Positions 9,987 to 18,821 of a stretch of DNA of 64,000 bases are shown one piece after another. Where the stretch lies: contig CAYTYR010000011.1 in the NCBI GenBank assembly GCA_964441745.1, positions 1-64,000 of the forward strand, in the 5' to 3' direction. Both the position numbers and the translations under genes were made by a program. Positions within the stretch are counted from its first letter, which is position 1, and each line of letters opens with the position of its first letter. The notes beneath the pieces are model-generated. The model did no database searches. It saw only the letters and a list, made by a program, of their open reading frames with translations, and was not told where the DNA came from. Source of the stretch: an uncultured Clostridia bacterium (GTDB lineage: Bacteria > CAYTYR01 > UBA6262).

Positions 9987-11897
9987 TTACAGCGTTAGCG
10001 GTTTATATTCCTTTTTCCCAGTCACAAAAAACTTGGAAAAGAACTCATAATAATTAAGACGCACTGATTGGATACTGACCACCAGCCCTTCCAGCAAGAT
10101 CACGAATATATTTCCCAGGATAATGATCAGCCAGGACACTGTCCCGCCGCCGATCCCCCTGGTAATACTGGATAATTCGAAGATCGCCAGGAACAAACCC
10201 GCGTGCGCCAGGGCAAAAGCCGCTACCCGGATAAAAGACACGGTATTAGCCAGGTAGCCCATAAAGAACTCCACCATATCGATCAGGTTTTCCACAACGA
10301 ACAGGAAGAAATTCTCTTTTTCCCGGCTGAGGAAATAGCTCACAAATGGCTTGAGGAACAGGGCCGCCACGCCAATGATCATCAGGGTCATATAGACCGG
10401 CGAGATCGGAGTTTTCTGGATAAAGGCCTTGGTCACTATGGCCAACACCAGCCAGTAAACTGCGCCGGCGATCAGCCCGGTCTTGTCAAAAAGAGCTTTC
10501 TGGTAATTCTTGTCGCGAATGGAATTGACCACATTGATCAGTATTCCCGTACTGATGATCGTCACGCCGAAAATAACGCTTATTTTGAACATCTGCATGA
10601 TATTATTGATCGGGTGCGGCCAGACAGACGCGAACTCATAGCCGAAAACACTGCCGTACAGCCAGCCGAAGATTGTCGAGCTGGCGCCGCAATACAGGAT
10701 CAGGGCCCCGGCTTGTTTCACTTTTTCATTGGCGCTCTTAAAAAAGAACAAGCTGGCCAGGACCAGTATCAGGCCGTGCCCGATATCGCCGAACATCGCC
10801 CCGAACATCAGCAAAAAACTGATGGCCACGAAAATAGTCGGGTCTATCGTACCGTAGCGTGGCAGTCCATAGGCTTCCAACAGCAGTCCAAATGGTTTGA
10901 CCATGGCTGTATGTTTCAATTTCACCGGTATATCTTCCAAGGCCATCCCGGTATCTTCGGCTCTTTTTTCTTCCACGTACGCTTGCCCGGCCAATTTTCT
11001 TATCTCCCTGATAGTCTCATCTTTCAGGTCTGCCGGCACCCAGCCGGACAGGACCGCGGTTTTTTCCGTGGTATAGGAAAAACGTTTAGCCTTTAACAGG
11101 GATTTTTTCAAAGCGATAAAATATTTGATCTTTCCCAGGTCACCGCGGAAACGTTCACCGAGAATTTTGATCTGGGCCTTGGCTTCGGTTAATTTAGTTT
11201 TGTAGGCGACGATCTCTTCCCTGATCTTCTTCTCTACTTCTTTAGGTATCTGTGGTTCTTCTTCCGTATATTCCACTTTTTGCCAGTAAAATTCTTTTAA
11301 AACTTTTTCCAGTACTGCCCGGTCCCGGCGCAAGCCGATGATCACGGTTAGCAGGCGGCCGTCCGGATCCTTGCGGAACGGATAGATCACATGCGGGATA
11401 TGTTCCAGGTTCTGCGCCAGCAGGGAAATATTCTTTTCCTCGATCTTGCCGGTCGCCACTTCCAGGAAAGAATACCCAGCGCTCCGCTTTACCGGGAAAG
11501 GCAGGAAATCTTTGACCTGGGACAGCATGGTTTCCTTGGTTTTGAGCTCCGAGGCCAATACATCGCGTTTTTCCGCCAGCGGCGAAGCCTCATTTTGGAT
11601 CGTCTCCACGATCTGCTGGACCTTGGCCTGGTTGAATTCTTCCAGGTTCACTCCCGGATTATAATCATAAGACAATTCCAGCCGCCGGCTCAGGTCCCGC
11701 AGGGACAGGTCGAGGGTTTCCCATTCTGCGAATTCTTTCTCTACCTGGTACGGGGTCAGGGTCTCGATATTGGTTTCGATCTGGCGCAGGTCCACCGGGT
11801 GGAAGATCCCCTTTTTCAGGAGTTTAGAAACAACCTCTTCCGCTTTTTCTTTCAGTACCAGGATGTTGACCAGCTCCATTGCTTCGGTACTTAGCAT
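9987..11897 (-). CDS. ntpI: V/A-type ATPase subunit I (a)
   Basis: YGLPRYGTIDPT, FGAMFGDIGHG, ANTVSFIRVAAFALAH (essential Arg), IQSVRLNYYEFF. Confidence 0.94.
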   Translation of the reverse strand: MLSTEAMELVNILVLKEKAEEVVSKLLKKGIFHPVDLRQIETNIETLTPYQVEKEFAEWETLDLSLRDLSRRLELSYDYNPGVNLEEFNQAKVQQIVETIQNEASPLAEKRDVLASELKTKETMLSQVKDFLPFPVKRSAGYSFLEVATGKIEEKNISLLAQNLEHIPHVIYPFRKDPDGRLLTVIIGLRRDRAVLEKVLKEFYWQKVEYTEEEPQIPKEVEKKIREEIVAYKTKLTEAKAQIKILGERFRGDLGKIKYFIALKKSLLKAKRFSYTTEKTAVLSGWVPADLKDETIREIRKLAGQAYVEEKRAEDTGMALEDIPVKLKHTAMVKPFGLLLEAYGLPRYGTIDPTIFVAISFLLMFGAMFGDIGHGLILVLASLFFFKSANEKVKQAGALILYCGASSTIFGWLYGSVFGYEFASVWPHPINNIMQMFKISVIFGVTIISTGILINVVNSIRDKNYQKALFDKTGLIAGAVYWLVLAIVTKAFIQKTPISPVYMTLMIIGVAALFLKPFVSYFLSREKENFFLFVVENLIDMVEFFMGYLANTVSFIRVAAFALAHAGLFLAIFELSSITRGIGGGTVSWLIIILGNIFVILLEGLVVSIQSVRLNYYEFFSKFFVTGKKEYKPLTL

Positions 11898-11981
11898 ACC
11901 TACCCTATTTTCCAGTTTTTATCTAAACCAAAAACTTCAGACCTACGTCCATACTTACTTCTACAACCTACAACTTCTTAC

Positions 11982-13019
11982 CTAATTTACAATTTGGGCC
12001 AGTTCTTCTTTTTTCCAGCCATATTTCTTGGCATAGATGAGAGAAACCAGGGTTCCTGTCTCTTTGCGCTTGAGCACCAGGTACCCCAAAATAATTCCGA
12101 TGGTGAAAGGGAATCCACCGAGAGCCCGGCGCACTTCCCGGGAAAGTACTTCATATAATATATTTTCCAGCAAAGCCATATTGCCCATAACCAGGTCTTT
12201 CAATCTGGCATACGGCCCTACCGCCAGAGTCTCAAATATCTGGTCCAGGTCTTCGCTCAGGTAGATATTGCGGATATTCTCTTTTTGTATCCTGGCGCCG
12301 CCCGGCAGCATCCAAGGCAGCATTTCACCCATGCCCAGGGCATAATATTTTTTGGAGCGTACCAGCCAATTGATATTCTCGATATCCACTTCCACGCCCA
12401 GGATCGCCTTGGCTACGGTCTTATCAACGGCTGACAATTTTTCTATGGCCGCGCCCATTCTTTCATAGTAATCCAGGTCCAGGGCCACTTCCAGATAGAA
12501 TAAAGAATGGCTTTCTTTGAACTTCTCCCGCGCCTTCAACAACGGCGTCCGGTATGGGGTCTGGTCCAACAGCAGGATTATCTCTTCAATATTCTTGGCG
12601 ATCAGGACCTGCCGCCAGTCCAGCGGGTAGCAAATATTCTCTCCCAGCAGGTAATCCTCGGCTGGCACCGGCGCGTTCTTGTGCCAGAGGCGCAGGACCA
12701 CCTTTAACTGCTCTATTTCATATCTCTGCATTAACAGGAAGAGCAGGTTTTTTTCATCCGTAGAGGTCATGGTGCTGAAAAGCTTGCGGTGGATAGCTAT
12801 ATCATGCCGCATGAATTCCTGTTCGAGGGCTTCCAGCTCCAGGTCCCCGGCCGCGAATTTCTCAGTCATCTGCCGGTACGGGGTCTGGGCCAGGTCAGCC
12901 AGGAGCGCTGATACGTCTTCCGCTTCCCGCAGGTGATCGAACTGCTCCGGCGTCAGCAAGTTAGAGAGCATCGCTCTCACTTTGGCATTAATGAACGAAT
13001 ACTTACCTAATTGTCCCAT
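11982..13019 (-). CDS. ntpC: V/A-type ATPase subunit C (d)
   Basis: YSFINAKVRAM.S.LL, LDLDYY, EVDIENI.W..R.K; operon position. Confidence 0.88.
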   Translation of the reverse strand: MGQLGKYSFINAKVRAMLSNLLTPEQFDHLREAEDVSALLADLAQTPYRQMTEKFAAGDLELEALEQEFMRHDIAIHRKLFSTMTSTDEKNLLFLLMQRYEIEQLKVVLRLWHKNAPVPAEDYLLGENICYPLDWRQVLIAKNIEEIILLLDQTPYRTPLLKAREKFKESHSLFYLEVALDLDYYERMGAAIEKLSAVDKTVAKAILGVEVDIENINWLVRSKKYYALGMGEMLPWMLPGGARIQKENIRNIYLSEDLDQIFETLAVGPYARLKDLVMGNMALLENILYEVLSREVRRALGGFPFTIGIILGYLVLKRKETGTLVSLIYAKKYGWKKEELAQIVN

Positions 13020-13028
13020 TGTTAATCG

Positions 13029-13361
13029 CTATTCTTCTACCTTTATTATCTCCGCGAAAACAGTTTCTGCCTGGCGGGGAATATTCTTTTGTTTATTTTT
13101 CAGCCCTTCAGCGCTGGCCGCGCGCTCCTCTTGGAGGAGCTGGTCCTTCTGCTTCAGCAGGGTGTCCTGGGTTTCAGCGAGCTTACGGCTGTATTCCTCT
13201 TTCATATCTTTAAGCGCGCCGGCAACCTTGGACCCGGCTTCAGTTTTGGCCTCAGCTATCAGGCGGTCGGCTTCTGCCTGGGCATCCTGTACTGCCTGGC
13301 GGGCTTTATTCTCTTCGTCCACTATCCGGTCAATAATTTCCTTCACTACGTGCTCCCTCAA
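13029..13361 (-). CDS. V/A-type ATPase subunit G/H (peripheral stalk); start may be GTG at 13346
   Basis: ~110-aa Ala/Glu/Lys coiled coil (IVDEENKARQAVQDAQAEA), first gene of the operon. Confidence 0.72.
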   Translation of the reverse strand: MREHVVKEIIDRIVDEENKARQAVQDAQAEADRLIAEAKTEAGSKVAGALKDMKEEYSRKLAETQDTLLKQKDQLLQEERAASAEGLKNKQKNIPRQAETVFAEIIKVEE

Positions 13362-13554
13362 ACATGTTTATATATCCTATGCGCTACTCTGGACACCGCT
13401 AATCATTAATATAATCATATCTTGTAGCAAAAACCAGCTATAAATGCAAGATAATACCAAAAAAATCTTAAAACTCCATTTTAGGGGTGCGGGCGTTCTC
13501 CCTTTGGAGGAGAGAACGCCCTGATGTCTAATTCCCTTTATTTTACGCGCTTTC

Positions 13555-13896
13555 TTAACCTATGGCTTCTGATCCTTTTTCCCCGGTCCGGATCCTATAG
13601 CATTCTTCCAGGTCCAGGACAAAGATCTTGCCGTCACCGGTCTGGCCGGTCTTGGCTGCCTTGGAAATAGCCTTGATAGTCGTCTCCACGAACTTGTCAT
13701 TGACCGCTATCTCCAGCTTTACTTTCTTAATAAGGTTACCTGCTTCCTTGACCCCGCGGTAAACCTCAGTGACACCTTTCTGCCTGCCGCAGCCCAGCAC
13801 ATTGGAGACGGTTTTCAAATGGATCTCTGCTTTTTCCAGTTCATCCATCACCTCATCCAGCTTGTGCGGCTGTATTATCGCGATAATCAGTTTCAT
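13555..13896 (-). CDS. glnK: P-II protein, amtB-linked
   Basis: [31 protein letters not shown]; directly downstream of amtB. Confidence 0.93.
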   Translation of the reverse strand: MKLIIAIIQPHKLDEVMDELEKAEIHLKTVSNVLGCGRQKGVTEVYRGVKEAGNLIKKVKLEIAVNDKFVETTIKAISKAAKTGQTGDGKIFVLDLEECYRIRTGEKGSEAIG

Positions 13897-13906
13897 ACTT
13901 TAGCCT

Positions 13907-13967
13907 CCCGAATGGCCTTGCCATTCGCCCCCCTGTTTAGATTTGCTAATGCAAATCTAGGGGGGTT
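13907..13967. repeat. Composite palindromic repeat next to the glnK RBS
   Basis: Same sequence as 9751-9811 apart from loop changes. Confidence 0.85.
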
Positions 13968-13980
13968 CCTTTTATTTTCA

Positions 13981-15336
13981 TTAATCTACCAATGTATAAG
14001 CAGTCTCTTTATGCTGGGTGATATCCAGGCCGATCAATTCTTCTTCTTCCTTCACTCTTAAGCCCATAACCTTATCCAGTATCTTGAGCAGGACGAACGT
14101 GACAGCCGCGGCATAAGCCATAGTGGCGATCACGCCGATAGCCTGGGTCCAGAGGAGAGAAGCATTGCCATAGAACAAGCCATTATTACCAGCTGCGTTG
14201 ACCATTTTGGTAGCGAACAAGCCAGTCGCCAAAGCGCCAACCGTACCGCCGACACCATGCACGCCGAAAGCGTCCAGGCTGTCGTCATACCCGAATTTAT
14301 GCTTGAGCACTGAGACAAACAGGTAGCAAACCAAAGCCACCAGGATACCGATACCCAACGCACCCATGGGAGTGACAAATCCAGCAGCCGGGGTCACTGC
14401 CACTAAGCCAGCCACTGCTCCTGAAGCTCCGCCTAAAGCAGTCGGCTTGCCAATAACAAGCCAGTCCAGGAACAGCCAGGTTAAAGCCGCCATAGCTGCC
14501 GCTGAATTGGTAGCAATGAAGGCATTAACCGCCAGTTCATTAGCTCCCAAAGCGCTCCCGGCATTGAAGCCGAACCAGCCGAACCACAGCAAAGCCGCGC
14601 CTAACAGGGTAAAGACCATATTATGCGGCGCGACAGGACGAGCCGGGTAATTTTTGCGCTTGCCGATCATCAAAGCAAAGACCAGGGCGGAAATACCGGA
14701 AGAAATATGCACGACTGTGCCGCCGGCAAAATCCAGGGCGCCCATCGTCTTTAACCAGCCGCCTGTGCCCCAGACCCAATGACAGATCGGGTCATATACT
14801 ATCGTCGCCCACAGCAAGCTGAACACCGCGAAAGTCGAGAATTTGATCCTCTCAGCGAAAGCGCCGGTGATCAGGGCCGGGGTAATGACCGCGAACATCA
14901 TCTGGTAGATCATGAACAGGTTATGCGGAATAGTCCCGGCATAATCAGGATTTGGCGCCGAGCCAACCCCGCTCAAAGCAAACCATTTCAAACTGCCGAT
15001 AAAATGGCCGATATCCGGCCCGAAAGACAGACTATATCCCCACAGTACCCATTGGACACTGATCAAGCCCAGCAGGAAAAACGACTGCATCATGGTTGAA
15101 AGCACATTTTTGCGGCGCACCAATCCGCCGTAAAACATCGCCAGTCCGGGAGCAGTCATCATCATCACCAGTGCTGTTGACATTAATATCCAGGCAGTAT
15201 CACCGCTATCTGTGGCCGGAGCCGGCACAGATTCTACCGGGCAAACAGCCGGGGTGGTAACTGCTCCTTCAGCTAACAAAAGGCCGGCCGTAAAAACAGC
15301 GGTTAAGATCAACAAACAACCTAATACTTTCTTCAT
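13981..15336 (-). CDS. amtB: Ammonium transporter
   Basis: PGLAMFYGGLVRRKN, DFAGGTVVH, WFGWFGFNAGS, DDSLDAFGVHG (twin His intact). Confidence 0.96.
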   Translation of the reverse strand: MKKVLGCLLILTAVFTAGLLLAEGAVTTPAVCPVESVPAPATDSGDTAWILMSTALVMMMTAPGLAMFYGGLVRRKNVLSTMMQSFFLLGLISVQWVLWGYSLSFGPDIGHFIGSLKWFALSGVGSAPNPDYAGTIPHNLFMIYQMMFAVITPALITGAFAERIKFSTFAVFSLLWATIVYDPICHWVWGTGGWLKTMGALDFAGGTVVHISSGISALVFALMIGKRKNYPARPVAPHNMVFTLLGAALLWFGWFGFNAGSALGANELAVNAFIATNSAAAMAALTWLFLDWLVIGKPTALGGASGAVAGLVAVTPAAGFVTPMGALGIGILVALVCYLFVSVLKHKFGYDDSLDAFGVHGVGGTVGALATGLFATKMVNAAGNNGLFYGNASLLWTQAIGVIATMAYAAAVTFVLLKILDKVMGLRVKEEEELIGLDITQHKETAYTLVD

Positions 15337-15423
15337 GTTCTTTCTTCCCCTTTCTAATTATGAAAAATTCGCTATTGGCTAGCCAATTGACTAAAATAAG
15401 GGCAAATTTTTTTGCCGGCTGTT

Positions 15424-15603
15424 TTAATCTATCCCTAATTTATCCCGGACTAATTTTGCATAAACTTTATTGATGCGGTTGGTCTTTAGCCAGCGTTCAA
15501 TAGTGCTAATTTGTAGATCCAGTTTCTTAGAAAGATCATACAATGTATAATCTCTTTCTTCTTTTATTTGTATAATTTTTCTAATTAGTTCCTGATCTAT
15601 CAT
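15424..15603 (-). CDS. Small XRE/Cro-like helix-turn-helix protein (59 aa)
   Basis: Below the ORF-track cutoff. MIDQELIRKIIQIKEERDYTLYDLSKKLDLQISTIERWLKTNRINKVYAKLVRDKLGID; the T-L-x-D-L-S-x-x-L...S-T-I-x-R-W pattern is HTH-like. Confidence 0.7.
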   Translation of the reverse strand: MIDQELIRKIIQIKEERDYTLYDLSKKLDLQISTIERWLKTNRINKVYAKLVRDKLGID

Positions 15604-15683
15604 ATTAACCTTTTAATATTTTTATTTTATCAATAAAGCCTGTGGGGAGGAGCCCCCTGGCTCCTCCCGAGAACCAGCTAACC

Positions 15684-16022
15684 TTAAAGCGCTGTCTCGC
15701 CCTTTTCGCCGGTGCGAATCCTGATGGCATTGTCTACCGGGTAAATAAAGATCTTGCCATCGCCGATCTCGCCGGTTTTTGCAATGCTGGAAATAGTCTT
15801 TACAATTTTATCTACCTCTGTATCTTTAGCCACGATCTCCAGCTTTGTTTTGGTCAAAAAATTAACCTTAAATTCCCGGCCCCGGAATTGCTCAACCAGG
15901 CCTTTTTGCCGGCCATGACCTTCAATATGAGTAACCATTATCCCCGGGGCATCCAATTTTTCCAGGCCTTCGATGACTTCATCCAATTTTTCAACTCGTA
16001 TCACTGCTTCTATTTTTTTCAT
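15684..16022 (-). CDS. P-II protein
   Basis: [34 protein letters not shown]. Start at 16022. Confidence 0.94.
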   Translation of the reverse strand: MKKIEAVIRVEKLDEVIEGLEKLDAPGIMVTHIEGHGRQKGLVEQFRGREFKVNFLTKTKLEIVAKDTEVDKIVKTISSIAKTGEIGDGKIFIYPVDNAIRIRTGEKGETAL

Positions 16023-16089
16023 TTTCCTATCCTTTCTCCCCCTCACTCCCGGCTTCCTTGCCGCCAGGACGAGGAGAGTTATATTTTTC

Positions 16090-17445
16090 TTATCTCATGA
16101 AATCCGGATACGCCGGGGTACCGTGCTCAGAGATATCCAGTCCTTTCAATTCCTCATCAGGAGACACCCTGATGCCGAACAATTTATCCATTGACTTAAA
16201 GATGATATATCCCAAGCCGAAAGCCCAGCTGGCACAGACCACGGCGCCAATTCCCTGCGCGATCAACTGGTCATAGCCACCGCCGTAAAACAGGCCCCTG
16301 ACTAACGTACCCTCGGTAGTCCCCAATCCATAGGTGCCATCGGCAAAGAGACCAACGCTGAGCAAACCCCAGATACCGTTAACAGCATGGACGCTGACCG
16401 CTCCGACCGGATCGTCGACCCCCTTCCGTTCCCAGAAATACACGCTGGTAACAACCAGGATCCCGGCGATCATACCGATGACCACCGCCGACCAGGCCTG
16501 CACCCAGGCGCACGGAGCGGTTATGGCGACCAATCCAGCCAGGCAGCCGTTCAGCATCATACCCACGTCCCATTTCTTAGTCTTCATGAACACTATGAGG
16601 AGAGCCGTGGCCGCGCCGGCAGCCGCCGCCAGATTGGTATTCACCGCGATAACGGCGATCCGCAGCTGGTGCGCTGAGAAAGTCGAACCGGGATTAAACC
16701 CGAACCAGCCGAACCATAATATAAAGGTTCCTAAAGCCGCTAAAGTGATGCTGTGTCCTAATATGGCTTTCGGTTTGCCGTCCTTACCGAATTTGCCGAA
16801 CCGCGGACCCAGTACGATCGCTCCCGCCAGGCCGACAAAGCCGCCGATGGCGTGCACCACTCCCGAGCCGGCAAAATCCACATGCCCGGCACCGAAGGGG
16901 AGCTTGGACAACCAGCCGCCGCCCCAGACCCAGTGCCCGTACAGCGGGTAGATCAGGGCCGTGACAGCTATACTATACATGAAATAGGCCTTGAATTTCA
17001 AGCGCTCAGCCACCGCGCCGGAAACAATAGTGGCCGCCGTCCCGGCAAAGACCAACTGCCAGAAGAAGACCAGGTACCGGCCCACATCATAATTTTCCCC
17101 GGTCAGGAACCAGCCGCCCGTACCGAATAATCCATGGACATCCGTACCCATCATCAGGGAAAATCCGAAAGCCATGAACACCAGTGAAGCCGCCACAAAA
17201 TCTATGGTATTCTTCGCCATGAGATTCGTGGCATTTTTGGCCCGGCAGAAACCCGCCTCAACCATAGCAAACCCCGCCTGCATGAAAAACACCAGGAATC
17301 CGCACACCAGGATCCACACATAATCCACCGGAGCCTGGGGATTCGCGGCTAAAGTAGCGGCCCCCGACGGATCCTGGGCAAAAGCCAGTCCGAACATTAA
17401 CAAACCCAGTAACACTAATAGCACTGTATACATTATTTTTTTCAT
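16090..17445 (-). CDS. amt: Ammonium transporter (second, different subfamily)
   Basis: FFMQAGFAMVEAG, TIVSGAVAER, DFAGSGVVH, WFGWFGFNPGS, DDPVGAVSVH. Confidence 0.95.
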   Translation of the reverse strand: MKKIMYTVLLVLLGLLMFGLAFAQDPSGAATLAANPQAPVDYVWILVCGFLVFFMQAGFAMVEAGFCRAKNATNLMAKNTIDFVAASLVFMAFGFSLMMGTDVHGLFGTGGWFLTGENYDVGRYLVFFWQLVFAGTAATIVSGAVAERLKFKAYFMYSIAVTALIYPLYGHWVWGGGWLSKLPFGAGHVDFAGSGVVHAIGGFVGLAGAIVLGPRFGKFGKDGKPKAILGHSITLAALGTFILWFGWFGFNPGSTFSAHQLRIAVIAVNTNLAAAAGAATALLIVFMKTKKWDVGMMLNGCLAGLVAITAPCAWVQAWSAVVIGMIAGILVVTSVYFWERKGVDDPVGAVSVHAVNGIWGLLSVGLFADGTYGLGTTEGTLVRGLFYGGGYDQLIAQGIGAVVCASWAFGLGYIIFKSMDKLFGIRVSPDEELKGLDISEHGTPAYPDFMR

Positions 17446-17487
17446 TGTGTCCTCCTCTCTTTTTCTTCTAATCCGCGTAATGGTATT

Positions 17488-18204
17488 TTAAAAGTTAATA
17501 TCTAATTGCGTCGTCGCCTGGTCATTGGGATTTATCTGGTCATTATTGTAAATGACATAGCCCAGGATCACGCTGACATTGGGCGCGAAACTGTAAGAAG
17601 CGCCAAAACTCAATGATCCGTAAAAACTATCCCCGGATGCATAATCAACAGACGCCCATATTTTATCCGTGATGGCTTTGTCCCAGGTCAGGATCACACC
17701 GGTGTTGGCTTTTTCACCATTTTCATCCAGCAATAGCTGGTCATTTCCGGAATATCCGCCGACCGTCAACCGTCCGACCGGACCAAAGGTCTTCGCGACC
17801 ACTCCATATATGATATTGTAATTGGTGACATCACTCTTGGTCCCGAGGCTTAGTATACCCACTGCAGCTGAGGGTATCATATCCTTTTCCGGTAATCCGG
17901 CCTTGAAATTGAAATACGCTGGATACTGGGATGGGTAAGCCAGGTCTATGCCGGCTTCAAAATAATTCAGGAACCCATAGGTCAATCCCACATATGTCGG
18001 TGAGGCATACGGATGATCCAGATTATCCTTCACTGAATAGTAGTTATCAATACCCAGGTGGAACTTTCCAGTGGGTTGGATATCCGTAGATGGATTCCAG
18101 ATCTGCGTACTCGGCGTAGCCATAGCCCCGTTCACCTGATACAGCCCGAAAACTGCCACAAATACCGCTATAAACATTAGCTTGCTTAATGTTATTTTAT
18201 TCAT
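17488..18204 (-). CDS. Putative outer-membrane beta-barrel protein
   Basis: Signal peptide (…NGAMA|TP), alternating amphipathic strands, C-terminal QLDINF. Confidence 0.6.
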   Translation of the reverse strand: MNKITLSKLMFIAVFVAVFGLYQVNGAMATPSTQIWNPSTDIQPTGKFHLGIDNYYSVKDNLDHPYASPTYVGLTYGFLNYFEAGIDLAYPSQYPAYFNFKAGLPEKDMIPSAAVGILSLGTKSDVTNYNIIYGVVAKTFGPVGRLTVGGYSGNDQLLLDENGEKANTGVILTWDKAITDKIWASVDYASGDSFYGSLSFGASYSFAPNVSVILGYVIYNNDQINPNDQATTQLDINF

Positions 18205-18273
18205 TATCTTCTCCTTTGTTTTAATACGATTACACCGATTCAAGCAAGAGCATTTAATCTGTGTAATCGTTTT

Positions 18274-18594
18274 TCAAACTATCGCCTTTTCTCCGCGTTC
18301 CCCGGTCCTGATCCTCATCGCGTCTTCCATTGCCAGAACCACAGCCTTACCGTCACCCAGTTTTCCGGTCTTACACACTTTAGTGATAGTAGCCAGCACT
18401 TCTTCCACTTTAGCATCATCCAGATATATCTCAATTTTGGTCTTAGGCAAGAAGAGGTAGTTTTCCGGCCGGGTAGTCTGCTGACCAAACCCTTTAACCT
18501 CAGTCACAGTCAAGCCGCTTATCCCTGTCTCCCTTAAAGCTTCAGCTAATTCCTTCAATTTCTCCGGTCTGATGATACATTCAATTTTCTTCAC
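18274..18594 (-). CDS. P-II protein with shortened T-loop
   Basis: IIRPEKL...VKGFGQQTTRPENYLFLPK...TGKLGDGK...RIRTGE; GTG start after GGAGG. Confidence 0.92.
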   Translation of the reverse strand: MKKIECIIRPEKLKELAEALRETGISGLTVTEVKGFGQQTTRPENYLFLPKTKIEIYLDDAKVEEVLATITKVCKTGKLGDGKAVVLAMEDAMRIRTGERGEKAIV

Positions 18595-18614
18595 GGCTTC
18601 CTCCTCTCTGGCGT

Positions 18615-18804
18615 CAAATAAAAAAAGACGCCTTATTGTAATCCTTCACGGATCCTAATAAGACGCCTGCGTCTTTGTTTCCTACCGTAAACAATAATAG
18701 CGTTCTGACACCTACTCAGAACGCCTTTGTTTTTGCCCCTTCATCGGAGCCATATTCTATTGCCTTACATCTATACAAGTAAAAAACAGGCACTCTTGGT
18801 AACT
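18615..18804. repeat. 190-bp direct repeat copy 1 (promoter plus attenuator leader)
   Basis: Identical by eye to 27583-27772. Confidence 0.95.
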
Positions 18805-18821
18805 CATTCTCGTATTTAAAC

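Noticed and set aside
13443-13462. Sigma54 promoter (TGGTATTATCTTGCA) before the ATPase operon
   Set aside because: GG-to-GC spacing is 9 nt rather than the required 10.
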